A program made the translations under genes and the position numbers. DNA of 64,000 nt from Candidatus Aminicenantes bacterium (lineage in GTDB: Bacteria > Acidobacteriota > Aminicenantia > Aminicenantales > Saccharicenantaceae): the NCBI GenBank assembly GCA_963717865.1, contig CAVQXL010000004.1, positions 1,325,840-1,389,839 of the forward strand, read 5' to 3'. The notes beneath the pieces are model-generated. The model was not told where the DNA came from. It was given only the letters and a program-made list of their open reading frames with translations, and made no database searches. Shown piece after piece: positions 20,462 to 32,431 of the stretch. The first letter of the stretch is position 1. Each line of letters begins with the position of its first letter.

Positions 20462-21256
20462 GTGCCCATGTCCTATCCCATCGAGAAAAGATCGTTTCAC
20501 GTCGAGCTCCAGACCCCCAAACGAACCTCCGAGGACATCGACAAGGACCTCCGGACGTTCGAAGAGAAGTACCGGAAGGTGGCCGAAGCGGGCTGGAGCA
20601 TCTGCATCACCGACAACCCCATGGGCCTGTTGAGCTACGGAGCGACCGAGACCATAGAGCTCCTGGGACTGCCCGTCCCTCCGGAACGGCTGATGGTCCA
20701 CCTCAACACGTTCCATCCCAAGAAGGAGCTCGATGAGATCCTCGCCGCGGTCAAGGCCATGGGCGGCCGCTACCTGCTGGTCGTCTCGGGCGACGGCAGC
20801 CAGAAGCTCCACAGGCTCGAGCCGGCCGAGATCGGCATCGAGGCCGTGACCGTGACCTCGGTCGAGCTCCTCCGTTACATCGAGCGGGAGTACCCCGGAC
20901 AATTCACCTGCGGCGTCGCCTTCAATCCCTACGAGCCGCAGGACTCGGAGCTCGAGAAGATGCGGCGGAAGGTGGACGCCGGGGCGACCTTCATCATCAC
21001 CCAGCCCATCATCGGCCGCGACGAGCGGCTGGACGGGCTCCGGCCGTTCGGCCTGCCGGTCGTCCTCGACGCCTGGATGTCGAAGAAGCTCCACTTGCTT
21101 TCGGAATGTGTCGGCCACGAGATCCCCGAGGGAACGCCCTACGACCCCATGGAGAACCTCCGGGAGCTGCGGCGGAACTACCCCGAGTACGGGCTCTACC
21201 TGGCCATCCTGGGATTCAAGACCCAGTACCCGATCCTCCACGAGATCTGGGAATAG
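20462..21256 (+). CDS. methylenetetrahydrofolate reductase-like protein (MetF family)
   Basis: 264 aa, intact. [22 protein letters not shown] and [12 protein letters not shown] match MTHFR-family blocks. The start is GTG 20462 or ATG 20468, 2-8 nt after the upstream stop. Confidence 0.7.
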   Translation: MPMSYPIEKRSFHVELQTPKRTSEDIDKDLRTFEEKYRKVAEAGWSICITDNPMGLLSYGATETIELLGLPVPPERLMVHLNTFHPKKELDEILAAVKAMGGRYLLVVSGDGSQKLHRLEPAEIGIEAVTVTSVELLRYIEREYPGQFTCGVAFNPYEPQDSELEKMRRKVDAGATFIITQPIIGRDERLDGLRPFGLPVVLDAWMSKKLHLLSECVGHEIPEGTPYDPMENLRELRRNYPEYGLYLAILGFKTQYPILHEIWE

Positions 21257-21275
21257 CCGGCCGGCCCGAGGGGCG

Positions 21276-21980
21276 TCAGAAGGAAGTGCCCGAAAGGGCG
21301 AAGTCGACGGCCGCCGCCGCATGGAGCGCGGTCGTATCGAAGACGGGGACGGGGCTGTCCGGCGGCTTGATGAGCAGGGGGATCTCGGTGCAGCCCAGGA
21401 TGACGCCCTCGGCCCCCCGCTTGATCAGGTCCCCGATGACGTCGACGTAGACCCTGCGCGACTCTTCCCTCACCAGGCCCCGGCCGAGCTCTCGGAAGAT
21501 GATGTCGTGGACGAGCGTCCGGCCCGGCTCGTCGGGGACGAGGACCTTCAGGCCGTGGTCCCTCTCGAGGCGGCCCCGATAAAAATCCATTTCCATCGTG
21601 TAGCGGGTGCCGAGCAGGCCGACCGTTTCGAGGCCGCCGCTCTTGACCGCCGAGGCCGTCGCATCGACGATATGGATCAGGGGGATCCGCACGGCCGCGG
21701 CGACATCATCCGCCAGGCGGTGCATCGTGTTGGCGCAAATGACCAGGCCTTCGGCCCCGGCCGCCTCGAGGCGCCGGGCGGCATCGGCCATGGTCCTTCC
21801 CAGCCCCTTCCAGTCCCCCCTCCCCTGCATCTCCTCGATGGGCCCGAAATCGACCGAGAGGAGCAGCAGGGCGGCCGAGCGCAACCCCCCCAGGCGCGCC
21901 TGGACGCCTTCGTTGATGAGCCGGTAGTAATCGACGCTCGAATGCCAGGTCATGCCGCCGATGAGGCCGAGCGTCTTCAA
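21276..21980 (-). CDS. aspartate/glutamate racemase family protein
   Basis: 234 aa, intact. [16 protein letters not shown], both catalytic Cys contexts ([16 protein letters not shown]), YgeA/RacD-like. Confidence 0.85.
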   Translation of the reverse strand: MKTLGLIGGMTWHSSVDYYRLINEGVQARLGGLRSAALLLLSVDFGPIEEMQGRGDWKGLGRTMADAARRLEAAGAEGLVICANTMHRLADDVAAAVRIPLIHIVDATASAVKSGGLETVGLLGTRYTMEMDFYRGRLERDHGLKVLVPDEPGRTLVHDIIFRELGRGLVREESRRVYVDVIGDLIKRGAEGVILGCTEIPLLIKPPDSPVPVFDTTALHAAAAVDFALSGTSF

Positions 21981-21991
21981 GGCGGCTCCCT

Positions 21992-23277
21992 CTACAGGCC
22001 CTTGCTCATGGCGTTGAGGAAGTCCTGGTTGGTCTTCATCTTGCCCAGCTTCTCGATGAGGAGCTCCATGGCCTCGACCTCGCCGAGCTGGCTGAGGACC
22101 TTCCGCAGGATCCAGATCCGGTTGAGGTCGACCTCCTCGATGAGGAGCTCTTCCTTGCGGGTCCCGGACCGGGAGATGTCGATGGCCGGGAACAGCCGCT
22201 TGTCGACCAGCCGCCGGTCGAGGTTGATCTCCATGTTGCCCGTTCCCTTGAACTCTTCGAAGATGACCTCGTCCATCCGGCTCCCGGTGTCGACGAGGGC
22301 CGTGGCCATGATGGTCAGGCTGCCGCCTTCCTCGACCTTCCGGGCCGCGCCGAAGAACTTCTTCGGCTTGTTCAGGGCGTTGGCGTCGATGCCGCCCGAC
22401 AGGACCTTGCCCGAGGGCGGGATGATGGCGTTGTGGGCCCGGGCCAGCCGGGTGATGCGAATCCAGGAGGATGACGACGTCGCGCTTGATCTCGACCAGC
22501 CTCTTGGCCTTCTCGAGGACGATGTTGGCGACCTGGGCGTTCCGGGACGGCGGTTCGTCGAACGTGGACGCGACGACCTCGCCGGAGCAGCTCCGCTGGA
22601 AGTCCGTGACCTCCTCGGGCCGCTCGGCGATGAGCAGGACGATCAGGAAGACCTCGGGGTGGTTCTTCTCGATGGACTTGGCGATCGTCTTGAGCAGGGT
22701 CGTCTTCCCGGCCCGGGGCGGCGAGACGATGAGGCCCGCGCTGGCCCTTGCCGATCGGCGTCAGGAGCTCCATGATCCGGGCGTTCATGTTCTTCGGGAT
22801 TCCCGTCCTGGAGCTTGATCATCTCGAACGGATAGAGCGGGGTCAGGCTGTCGAAGTGGACGTTGTGCCGGGCCTCGATGATGACGTCGGGGTGGAGGAA
22901 GTTGATGGCCTCGATCTTGATCAGGGCGAAGTATTTCTCGCCGTTCTTCGGGCGGCCGGACGACGCCCGAGATCGTGTCGCCCGTCCGGAGCTGGAACTT
23001 CCGGATCTGCGAGGGCGAGACGTAGATGTCGTCCTGGCTCGGCAGGTAGCTGAATTCGGGGGCCCGGAGGAACCCGAAGCCGTCCTCGAGGCACTCGAGG
23101 ACGCCCTCCGAGAACAGCAGCCCCTGCTTCTTGGCCTGGGCCTCCAGGATCTTGAAGATGAGGTTGTGCTTGTTGGACTGCCTCGATCTCCTCCTCGGCG
23201 AGCCCCATGGTCGCGGCGATCTTCTTGAGGGCCGGGAGATCTTTTTCTTCCAGGTCGACGAGATTGTACTCTTTCAT
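21992..23277 (-). pseudogene. rho: transcription termination factor Rho; multiple frameshifts
   Basis: RBS GAGAGGTGA before ATG 23277 ([26 protein letters not shown]). The C-terminus is intact in ORF 21992..22309 ([31 protein letters not shown]...[16 protein letters not shown]). The central RNA-binding and P-loop parts are readable only by switching frames. Confidence 0.85.
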
Positions 23278-23332
23278 GGTTTCACCTCTCACTGTCTTAT
23301 TCGAATCTGGCTCTATGTCTGGAGTCAGGATC

Positions 23333-25801
23333 TCAGTTCGTCAGGGGCGGCTGTTCCTTGGGCGGCGTCTCCCCTCCCCCGCCCGCTCCGGGAAGCCCGG
23401 CCGGCGCGGCGACGACCGCCTCCGGCCGTTCCTTCTCCGGCGCCTGCTTCTGGGGCAGGGGCCCGGTCAGGACGATCTTCAGGACCTCGTCCATGGTCTC
23501 GACCAGGATGGATCTTCATGTTCTGCCTGATGATCTTGGGCAGGTCCTTGAGGTCGGGCCTGTTGTCCAGCGGCAGGATGGCCGTCCGGATGCCCTCCCG
23601 GTAGGCGGCCAGGAGCTTCTCCTTGATGCCGCCGACCGGCCAGGACCTTGCCCTTGAGGGTGATCTCCCCGCTCATGGCCACCTTCTTGTTGACCGGGAT
23701 CTCGGTCAGCAGGGAGATGATGGCCGTGGCGATCGTGATGCCCGCCGACGGGCCTTCCTTGGGCATGGCCCCCTCGGGGACGTGGACGTGGATGTCGAAG
23801 TTCTTGTGCAGGTCCGTGGCGATGTTCAGCTCGTAGATCTTGCCGCGGACGAAGCTGAAGGCGGTCTGGGCCGACTCCTGCATGATCTCGCCCAGCTGTC
23901 CGGTCAGGGTGAAATTCCCCTTGCCGTGGATCTTGGTCGCCTCGAAGGTCAGCATCTCGCCGCCGAACTCCGTCCAGGCCATGCCGAGGGCGACGCCGAC
24001 CTCGTCCTTGCGTGTCGATCTCGGAGCGGCGGAACTTCGGGACGCCGAGATAGGCTCTCGAGGTTCTTCGGCGTGACCTTTTCCTTGTGGTCCTTGCCCT
24101 CGAGGACGACCTTCTTGACGACCTTGCGGCAGACCGTCGTGATCTCCCGCTCCAGGTTCCGGACGCCGGCCTCCCGCGTGTACTCGCGGATGAGCTTGAG
24201 CATGGCCGGGTCCGTGATCTTGAGGTTCTTGGCCGTCAGGCCGTGGGACTTCATCTGCTTGGGCAGGAGGAACCGCTTGGCGATCTCGAGCTTCTCCTCC
24301 TCGGTGTAGCCGGGGATGCCGGATGATCTCCATCCGGTCGATGAGCGGCTTGGGGATCGGGTCGAGCATGTTGGCCGTGACGATGAACATGACCTGGGAG
24401 AGGTCGAAATCGGTGTCGATGTAATGGTCGAGGAACGTGTTGTTCTGCTCGGGGTCGAGGACCTCCATCAGGGCCGAGGCCGGGTCGCCCCGGAAGTCCA
24501 TGCTCATCTTGTCGACTTCGTCGAGGAGGAAGACGGGGTTCTTCGTCCCGGCCCTCTTGATCATCTGGATGATCCGCCCGGGATAGGCCCCGATGTAGGT
24601 CCGGCGGTGGCCGCGGATCTCGGCCTCGTCCCGGACGCCGCCCAGGGACAGGCGGACGAACTTCCGTCCCGTCGCCCGGGCGATGGACTTGCCCAGGGAG
24701 CTCTTGCCCACTCCCGGGGGCCCGAGGAAGCCGAGGATGACGCCCTTCGGGTTCTTGACCAGCTGGCGGATCGACAGGTACTCGAGGATCCTCTCCTTGA
24801 CCTTCTCCAGGCCGAAGTGGTCCTCGTTGAGGATGGTCTCGGCTTCCTTGAGGTCCCTCTTTTCCCGGATCTTCTTGTTCCAGGGCAGGGAGAGCAGCCA
24901 GTCGAGGTAGTTCCGGCAGACCGTCGCCTCGGCGGACATCGGCGGCATGGCCTCCAGCCGCTCGATCTCCTTGTACGCCTTTTCCTCGGCGTCCTGGGGC
25001 ATCTTGGCCGCGGCGACCTTCTGCCGCAGCTCCTCGATCTCGTTGGGCTGGTCCTCCTTGCGGGCGCCGCCCGCCCCGGCCGGGAAGCTCTTCGCGGCCG
25101 GCGCGTCCTTGAGCGGCGGCCGGCGCCGGCCCTGCTTCTGGGCGTCCCGCTGGAAGGCCGGAATGGATCTTGAGGATCTCGTTCTCCAGGACGTAGTTCA
25201 GGCGCCTCAGGCGCTCCAGGCTGTTGATCGTCTCGAGCAGGTTCTGCTTTTCGTCGAGCGGCAGGTAGAGGTGGGAGGCGATGATGTCGGCGATCCGGTC
25301 GGCCGTGTTGTCCCGGAGGGCGGGGATGATGGAATCGAGGTTGGCGTTCTGGTTGAGCTTCAGGTATTCCTCGAAGAGCGACAGGACCCGCTTCAGGAGC
25401 TCCTTGGCGTCCTGGGTCCGGTCCTCGGCCTCCTTGAGGACCTTGGCCAGGATCTGGTAGTACGGGTAGGTGCTGAGGTATTCGACGATCCGGGCCCGGC
25501 TCTTGCCCTCGACGATGACCTTCATGTTCTTCTCGTCGGTCTTGACCGTCCGGATGATCTTGGCCGTCACCCCCATGGAATAGATGTCCTTGGGCGTCGG
25601 GATTGTCGATGGAGGCGTCCATCTGGGCCGCGAGGAAGATCAGCTTGTCCTTCTCGGCGGCCTTCTCCAGGGCCTGGATGGAGGACGGCCGGCCGACGAT
25701 GAACGGCACGAGGGTCGCCGGGAAGACGACCAGGTCCCGGAGCGGGATCAGGGGGATGTTCCGGATGACTTCGCTGTTGCTCAGGGTCTTGCATGGGTCA
25801 T
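23333..25801 (-). pseudogene. lon: ATP-dependent Lon protease; at least six frame changes
   Basis: Lon N-domain (IPLIPLRDLVVFP, PFIVGRPSSIQALE), AAA+ module ([25 protein letters not shown]) and protease domain ([17 protein letters not shown]) lie in different frames. ATG 25801 overlaps the clpX stop (ATGA). The stop is TGA 23333 after ...PPLTN. Confidence 0.9.
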
Positions 25802-27066
25802 GCTCCGATCGCCGGCTTGAGTTCGTTCGCAGCCGGCGTCGTTGTCTTCGACCATCTCCCGGGTGATCTCGATCGCGCCGGCCTTCTTCGGCCGACGGGC
25901 AGGTCGTACATGAGGTCGAGCATCAGGTCCTCGATGATCGTCCGCAGGCCCCGGGCGCCCAGCCCGCGCTCCAGCGAGCTTGCGGGCGATGGCCTCGAGG
26001 GCCTCGTCCGTGAACGTCGAGCGCCGACGCCCTCCATCTCGAAGAGCTTCTGGTACTGCTTGATGATGGCGTTCTTCGGCTTGGTCAGGATGTCCACGAG
26101 GTCCTCGAGGCCGAGCTCGGCGAAGACCGCCATGACCGGGATGCGGCCGACGAGCTCGGGGATGAGGCCGTACTTGATGAGGTCCTGGGGGATGAGGTGC
26201 CGGAGGAGCGCGTCGGCGGCGTCCGGTCTCGCTGGACCGGGCCTCGGACTTGAATCCCGACCGACGGACTTGCCCATCCTCTGGGCGATGATCTTGTCCA
26301 GGCCGATGAAGGCCCCGCCGCAGATGAACAGGATGTTCGTCGTGTCGACCGGGATGAATTCCTGGTGGGGGTGCTTGCGGCCGCCCTGGGGCGGGACGTT
26401 GGCGACCGTCCCCTCGATGATCTTGAGCAGGGCCTGCTGGACGCCCTCGCCCGAGACGTCCCGGGTGATGGAGGGGCTCTCGCTCTTGCGGCCGATCTTG
26501 TCGATCTCGTCGATGTAGATGATGCCCTTCTGGGCCCGGGCGAGGTTCCCGCCGGCCGCCTGGAAGAGCTTGAGGACGACGTTCTCGACGTCCTCCCCGA
26601 CGTAGCCGGCCTCGGTCAGGGTGGTCGCATCGGCGATGGCGAACGGCACGGACAGGATCTTGGCCAGGGTCTGGGCCATCAGGGTCTTGCCCGTCCCGGT
26701 CGGTCCGATGAGGAGGATGTTGCTCTTGGCGATCTCGACGTCGCCGCCGGCCCGGCGGGCAGGCTGATCCGCTTGTAGTGATTGTAGACGGCCACCGCGA
26801 TCTTCTTCTTGGCCTGCTCCTGGCCGATGATGTACTCGTCCAGGGCCTTCTTGATCTCCCGGGGCGTGGGGAACGGCGCCGTGCCCGCCGGGGCCTCCGG
26901 CTCGCTGGGCCTGTCGGCGTCGATGAGGACATGGGCCACGTCGACGCACCGTCGCAGATGAAGATGCCCCCGGGCCCGGCGATGAGCTTCCTCGCCTGGG
27001 CTTGGGAGCGGCCGCAGAAGCTGCACGGACGGCCGCGTTCCGCGGTCCCTGTTCGTTCTCTGTCAT
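25798..27066 (-). pseudogene. clpX: ATP-dependent Clp protease ATP-binding subunit ClpX; multiple frameshifts
   Basis: ATG 27066 (MTENEQG...). Zn-ribbon remnants, [20 protein letters not shown], Walker [26 protein letters not shown] and [11 protein letters not shown] are present. The stop TGA 25798 overlaps the lon ATG. Confidence 0.9.
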
Positions 27067-27128
27067 GTGTCTCGACCTGAACTCCCGATGAAAGATCGGC
27101 GCGATCCGCCCCGTTCCGGAGCCCGCGC

Positions 27129-27731
27129 CTACGTCCGCGTCCGGGGGCGGGACGTCGATGATCTGGTCGACCAGCCCGTATTCCACGGCCTGCTCGGCGG
27201 TCATGATGAAATCCCGTTCGAGGTCCGCTCTGGATCCTCTCGGCCGCCTGGCCGGTGTGCCGGATCAGGATCCGGTTGATGGCTCTCCCGGATCCTCAGG
27301 ATCTCCCTGGCCTGGATGGCGATGTCGGACGCCTGCCCCTGGAAGCCGCCGAACGGCTGGTGCAGAACGACCCGCGCGTTGGGCAGGGCGATGCCTTTTG
27401 CCCGGCCGTCCCCGCCGCCAGCAGGACGGCGGCCATGCTGGCGGCCTGGCCGACGCAGATCGTCGCGATATCGCGAGCTGACGAACTGCATCGTGTCGTA
27501 GATGGCCAGGCCCGCCGTGACGGCGCCTCCCGGGGAGTTGATGTAAAGCGAGATCTCCTTCTCCGGGTTCTCCGCCTCCAGAAAGAGCAGCTGGGCGATG
27601 ACCGCGTTGGCCACCTCGTCGTCGATCTCGGACCCGATGAAAATGATCCGGTCCTTCAGGAGCCGGGAATAGATGTCGTAGGCCCGCTCGTTGCGGCCGT
27701 CCTGCTCGACGACGAAGGGGATCAACGTCAT
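27129..27731 (-). pseudogene. clpP: ATP-dependent Clp protease proteolytic subunit ClpP; frameshifted, 3' end uncertain
   Basis: [33 protein letters not shown]..., catalytic Ser context [11 protein letters not shown] (recovered in another frame), HQPFGG and the C-terminus [15 protein letters not shown]. No in-frame stop precedes clpX. TAG at 27129 becomes in-frame only after a 1-nt change in the CCGGGGGCGG run, so the end is a guess. Confidence 0.8.
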
Positions 27732-27743
27732 TATGTAAGCGTC

Positions 27744-29020
27744 TTATTCTATTATAGCTTGGCCCAGTAAAAAGTCAATGGTCTTGCGGAAGAGGAGGGT
27801 TTCCTCGAGGTCGCCCCGCCGGCCCTCCTTGTTCACCGTTTCGACCACCCGGGCCAGGGGCACCCGGTTGGCCTCGGCCAGCCTCTTCATTTCCTCTTCG
27901 ATCTCGGACTCCGAGACGGCGATCCCCTCTTTCTCGGCGATCCGGCTCAGGACGAGGTTGTTCCGGATGTTCCGCTCCGCCTGCTTCCGTCCCTCCGCCG
28001 CAAGGCCGCGGGCCTGGTCCTCGCCCAAGCGGGCTTGGGGATAGGAGCTCAGGATGCGATTGAGGACGGCCCGGGTCTCCTCTTCGACCAGGCTCTCGGG
28101 GAGTTCGACCTCGACCCCGGTCGTGATCTTGGCCAGGAGCTCGGAAGCCATCCGGTTCCTCTCCGCCGCCCGCTTGGAGACGAGGAGCCGTTCCCGGAGC
28201 TTGTCCTTCAGCTCGTCCAGGCTCTTGAAGTCGCCCACCGTCTTGGCCAGGTCGTCGTCGAGGGGCGGGAGCTTCTTTTCCTTGATGGACTGGACCTTGA
28301 GCCGGTACTCCACGTCCTTCCCGGCCAGCTTTTTGTTGGGATGGTCGGCCGGGTAGGTCACCGTGAAGACCTTTTCCTCCCCGGGCTTCGATCCCGGGAG
28401 ATGCTCGTTCAGGAAGGCTTCGTTCCCGGCGTGCCCGGCGAGAACGACGGCCTTCTCGAGCGGGAAAGGCTTTCTTCGTTTTCAAGTCGCGTGCCCTGGA
28501 CCTCGACGACGACGTAGTCCCCGTCGGCCGCTCCCCTTCCCTCCGCGGGCACGTATTCGGCGGCCCGCTGGCGAATGTCCTCGAGAGCGGCTTCGAGCTC
28601 CTTGTCCTCGACCGCCTGTTCCCGGCGTTCCAGGCGGATGCCGGTATAGCCCGGGAGGGCGAATTCCGGCATGACCTCGAAGTCCACGACCGCATGAAGC
28701 GTCCCGTCGTCCTCGTAGTGGGCGTCCCGGACCACCGGGACGCTCGCCGGCCTCAGGCCGGCGGCCTTGATCTCCTCCTCGAAAGCTTTGGGGACCAGGG
28801 AATCGGCGGCATCCTTGCGGATCTCTTCCAGGAACATCCCCCGGACGAGGTCCCGGGGGGCCTTGCCCGTCCGGAAGCCCGCCAGCTTGGCTTTCGCCGC
28901 GTATTCCGACAGGACCGTCTCCATCTCCGCCCCGACGGCCGCGGGCGGGATCGAAAGGTCGATCTCCCGGCGGCTCGGGCTGACGGTCCTGAGCTTCTCG
29001 GCGCCTGATTCGTGATTCAT
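27744..29020 (-). pseudogene. tig: trigger factor; single frameshift at the T-run 28471-28473
   Basis: ATG 29020 (MNHESGAEKLRTVSPSRREIDLSIP) with RBS AAGAAGGA. The N-terminal ORF 28409..29086 and ORF 27744..28361 join as ...LENEE(K)PFPLEKAVVLAG...VFTVTYPADHP if one A is added on the minus strand. Confidence 0.85.
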
Positions 29021-29059
29021 GGACTTGATCCTTCTTTCACCTGTCCCGAGTGCGGAGCC

Positions 29060-29144
29060 TGGGCAGAGCGGGGTTCGAACCCGCACTCCTTCGTCAGGAA
29101 CTAGGTCCTAAGCCTAGCGCGTCTGCCAATTCCGCCACCTGCCC
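29060..29144 (-). tRNA. tRNA-Leu (anticodon TAG)
   Basis: The reverse complement reads GGGCAGGTGGCGGAATTGGCAGACGCGCTAGGCTTAGGACCTAGTTCCTGACGAAGGAGTGCGGGTTCGAACCCCGCTCTGCCCA. It has a 7-bp acceptor stem (one G-U), anticodon loop CT-TAG-GA, a long variable arm and the GTTCGAA T-loop. CCA is not encoded. Confidence 0.9.
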
Positions 29145-29294
29145 GTATCGTCAATCCGTTCAATAACATGCTCGGAAGGGGGATCCTTGAGGCCGTCCCC
29201 TTTCCGGCAAGGAGCATGGAATCGAGGAGGAGGCTGTGAACTGGAAATCAGACCATAGAATTAGCATAAACGGCGCGTCCTGTCAATGGAAGGC

Positions 29295-31128
29295 TCAGCG
29301 CAGGAGCTTCTTCAGCCGGGCGGCGTATTCGGGATTGAGGCCGAGGAGCGTCTTGTAGACCTCCCGGGCGCTGAAATCGTCCTTGAGGTTGAGGTAGACG
29401 ATGGCCAGGTTGTAGTGGGCCACGGCGTTGTCGGGCTTGAGCTCGATGCATTTCCTCAGGGGCTCCAGGGCCGCCTCGAAGCTCTTGAGCATCATGAGGC
29501 CGACCCCGACGTTGAGGTATCCCAACGGGTCGTCGGGGGCGAGCTCGGTGTATTTCTGGAAGCCTTCTATGGACTCCTTCCAGCGCTTGGCCAGCGAATA
29601 GCTGTAGCCGATATTGTATTGCGCGGACGCGTAGTCCGGCTTGAGGGCGAGCGCGTCCCGGAACGCCTGGACGGCCTCGTCGGTCCGATTGAGCTTGAGG
29701 AACATGATGCCGAGGTTGAACACGGCGAGCTCGTTCTTCGGATTTATCTCGATGATCTTCCGGGCGGCTTCGATGGCCTTGTCGTACTGGCCCGCTTCGT
29801 CGTACATTTGGATGATCTTGCCGTAATACGTGGTGGCGCCCTCGGGGTTGAGTCCGACGAGCGTCTTATAGATCGCCTCGGCCTTGTCCAGGCTCTTCGC
29901 CCGGACATAGGCGTCCGCCAGGGTGAAGTTGGTCTTCACGTCGTTGGGCTGGAGCTTCAGCGCCTCGGACAGCGCGGCCACCGCCGCTTCGGGCTGGTCG
30001 AGCGCCAGGCGGCACAGCCCCAGCCGAAGCATGACCGGTCCAGGGATTCTCCGGTTTCAGGGCGATGTATTTTCCGTACGCGTCGGCGGCTCGGGCATAG
30101 TCCTTGGACTCCTCATAGGCCGTGCCAAGGTCCAGGAAAGCTTCCGTTCGGCTCGGGTCGAGTGCGACAGCCTTCTCGAGGGAAGCGATGGCGTCGCCAT
30201 AGCGCTGGATGCGGAGATACAGGGATCCGAGGCTGTGGTGGGCGGCGATCCGACCGGGATCGAGGGCGATGACCTTCTCATAGGCCCCCGCCGCGGCGGC
30301 GACGTCCCTCTGCTGTGCATAGACCGTAGCCAGCAGGGCGTGGGCCTCGACGAGCGACGGGTCCAGGCTGACGGCCTTTTCCAGGTACATCCGGGCGGCC
30401 GACGTCTCGTCCATCATGGCCGCGAGCCGGCCGGCCAGATAAGCCCCCTCGAGCCCCGCGAAGTAATCCTCATGGACCGCGTCCTTGAGAGGGGTCGCCC
30501 GGGCCGCGCCGGAGAGCCCCGAGAAGGCGCTGGCCGGGACGACGCTCTTCAGCCTTTCGAGAGCCAGGACGATGCCGATCACCCGGCCGTCGATGTCGAC
30601 GACGGGACTTCCCGAGAACGACGCCGGAACGGCCAGGGAGACATCCAGGCATCTCCGGCCGGGCTCGATATCGAGAAATCCCCGGATCGTCCCCTCGGAC
30701 ACGACGATCTGACCCGTCTCGTTGGCGCCCACGGCGAAGATGCGGGCTCCGACGGCCGGGGCCTCCCCCGAGGCCGCGGCGAGCGGCGCGAGCTTGCCTT
30801 TGAGCTTGAGGAGGGCGACGTCGCAGGATTTCGAGAGCGCCGCGACCCCTTCGACCTTGAGCTTTTTCCCCTTGGCGTTGGTCGCCTCGGCGTCGAAGGC
30901 CCGGCTGACCAGGTGATAGCTCGTGACGACCACGTCCTCGGAAATGGCGAATGCCGTCCCCCTGGCGATCTCCTGTTTGTTCTCCCCGAGGAACAGGATC
31001 GACACGGCGCCCGGCGAGCACTGGTCAAGGAGCTTCATGGCCTCGGCCGTCTGGGAGGCAGCCGGCGCCGGGAACGCCGCCGCCAGCGCCGTCAAGAACA
31101 GGATCCCCAAACCCTTACAGGACTTCAT
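29295..31128 (-). pseudogene. secreted trypsin-like serine protease domain fused to a long TPR array; one frameshift near 30040
   Basis: Start M19 of ORF 29866..31182 (MKSCKGLGILFLTALAAAFPAPA signal). His/Asp/Ser contexts are TSYHLV, CDVALLKL and SFSGSPVV. TPR repeats follow and continue in ORF 29295..30032 (...KPENP / MLRLGLCRLALDQPEAAV...). Confidence 0.7.
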
Positions 31129-31240
31129 CGCCACCTCCTTCTCGCGCACAAAGGAAAGCCGAGAAATCTTGCTTGACCTCAATCTACACGCGACCGGGGG
31201 GCAAAGTCAACAACGCGGGAGCCGCCCTCCGGCCGCCCGA

Positions 31241-31269
31241 TTGACAAATCCCCCGCTGTCGGCTAGGTT
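31241..31269 (+). promoter_or_regulatory. sigma70-like promoter for the GT87-like gene
   Basis: TTGACA (31241-46), a 17-nt spacer, then TAGGTT (31264-69), 10 nt before ATG 31279. Confidence 0.35.
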
Positions 31270-31278
31270 GAAAAGGCC

Positions 31279-32428
31279 CATGGGAAAGAACCGCCTGCCT
31301 CTCGCCATTCTCCTTGCCGCGATCGCCCTCTGCGCCGGCCTCTTCCTCCTGCGCGGGCGCCGGGGCATGGTGGACTTCGAAGTGAACTACGAGGCCGGGA
31401 AGCGGATCCGGGCAGGAGAGTCCCTCTATCGCGGCGAGGACGGCCATTATCAATTCAAGTACCCGCCCTTCTCCGCCCTTCTCTACGTCCCCGTATCCCT
31501 TCTGCCTTCGGACACCGCTAAAACAGCCTGGTTCCTCGTTGTCCTCGGCTCCACGGTCCTGGTCTTTCAGTTCGCGTTCGCCCTCGCCCGGCCGGAAGGC
31601 GGGCAGGTCCTACTGCTCAGGATCGCCCCGCCTCTCATCCTGGCCAAGTGCTTCCTGCGGGAGCTCTATCTCGGCCAGATCAACGCCCTGATCACGGCCC
31701 TCATGCTCGGAATGGTCCTCCTTCTTGTCCGGGGACGTCCCTCTCTCCGCCGCGAGGGTGCCGCGGGGGGCCTCTGGGGGATCTCCACCGCCCTGAAGCC
31801 GTACTCGGCCATCTTCCTCCCCTATTGGGTCCTGCGGAGGAAATGGCTTGCCCTCGGCACCGGCTTCGCCGCCTTGGTCCTGGCTTTCCTGGGCCCTTCT
31901 CTGTACTTCGGATTTTCCGGAAACCTGCTCGTCCACCGGGAATGGATCGGATCGCTATCGCGGTCGACCCCGGCCCTCTTCGATACCCAGGACAACATCT
32001 CCCTCATCGCCATGTTCACGAAGTGGACCGGCCGGCCGGGCCTGTCCGGGACCCTTTATCTCCTGGGCGTCGCCGCCCTCGCTCTGGGCTTCCTCGGGCT
32101 CATGGCCCGGGGCCGCAGGGTCAAGGAACCGATGGTCCTCGAATCCGGCGTGCTCCTCGCGCTCATCCCGCTCATCTCGCCTCTCGGCTGGGACTATACG
32201 CTCCTATCCTCTGTCCTTGTCATCATGCTCGTATTGAAGCGCATCGGCGTCCTTTCCGGGCCCGCCCGGGCTTTTCTCATCGTCAATTTCTGCGTTTTCG
32301 GGCTCTCCCTGTTCGACCTGATGGGCCGGGGCCTGTATGCCCGATTCATGGCCCTGTCGATCCCGACCGTGAACGCCCTGGTTTTCATAGGATACGCCGC
32401 CTGGATCCGAATGAAGGGGCTGGACTGA
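31279..32428 (+). CDS. polytopic membrane glycosyltransferase, GT87/DUF2029-like
   Basis: Internal ATG of ORF 30923..32428 (MGKNRLPLAILLAAIALCAG...). About 10 TM segments. The early loop YRGEDGHYQFKYPPFSALLYVP resembles the DUF2029 mannosyltransferase motif region. Confidence 0.65.
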
Positions 32429-32431
32429 GGG

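Noticed and set aside
25798-27204. A 468-aa ORF that reads from the ClpP C-terminus straight into ClpX, an apparent ClpP-ClpX fusion.
   Set aside because: Only the ends are in the true frames and the middle is out-of-frame sequence. The missing clpP stop is most simply a 1-nt error in the CCGGGGGCGG run (27141-27150). ClpX has its own ATG at 27066.
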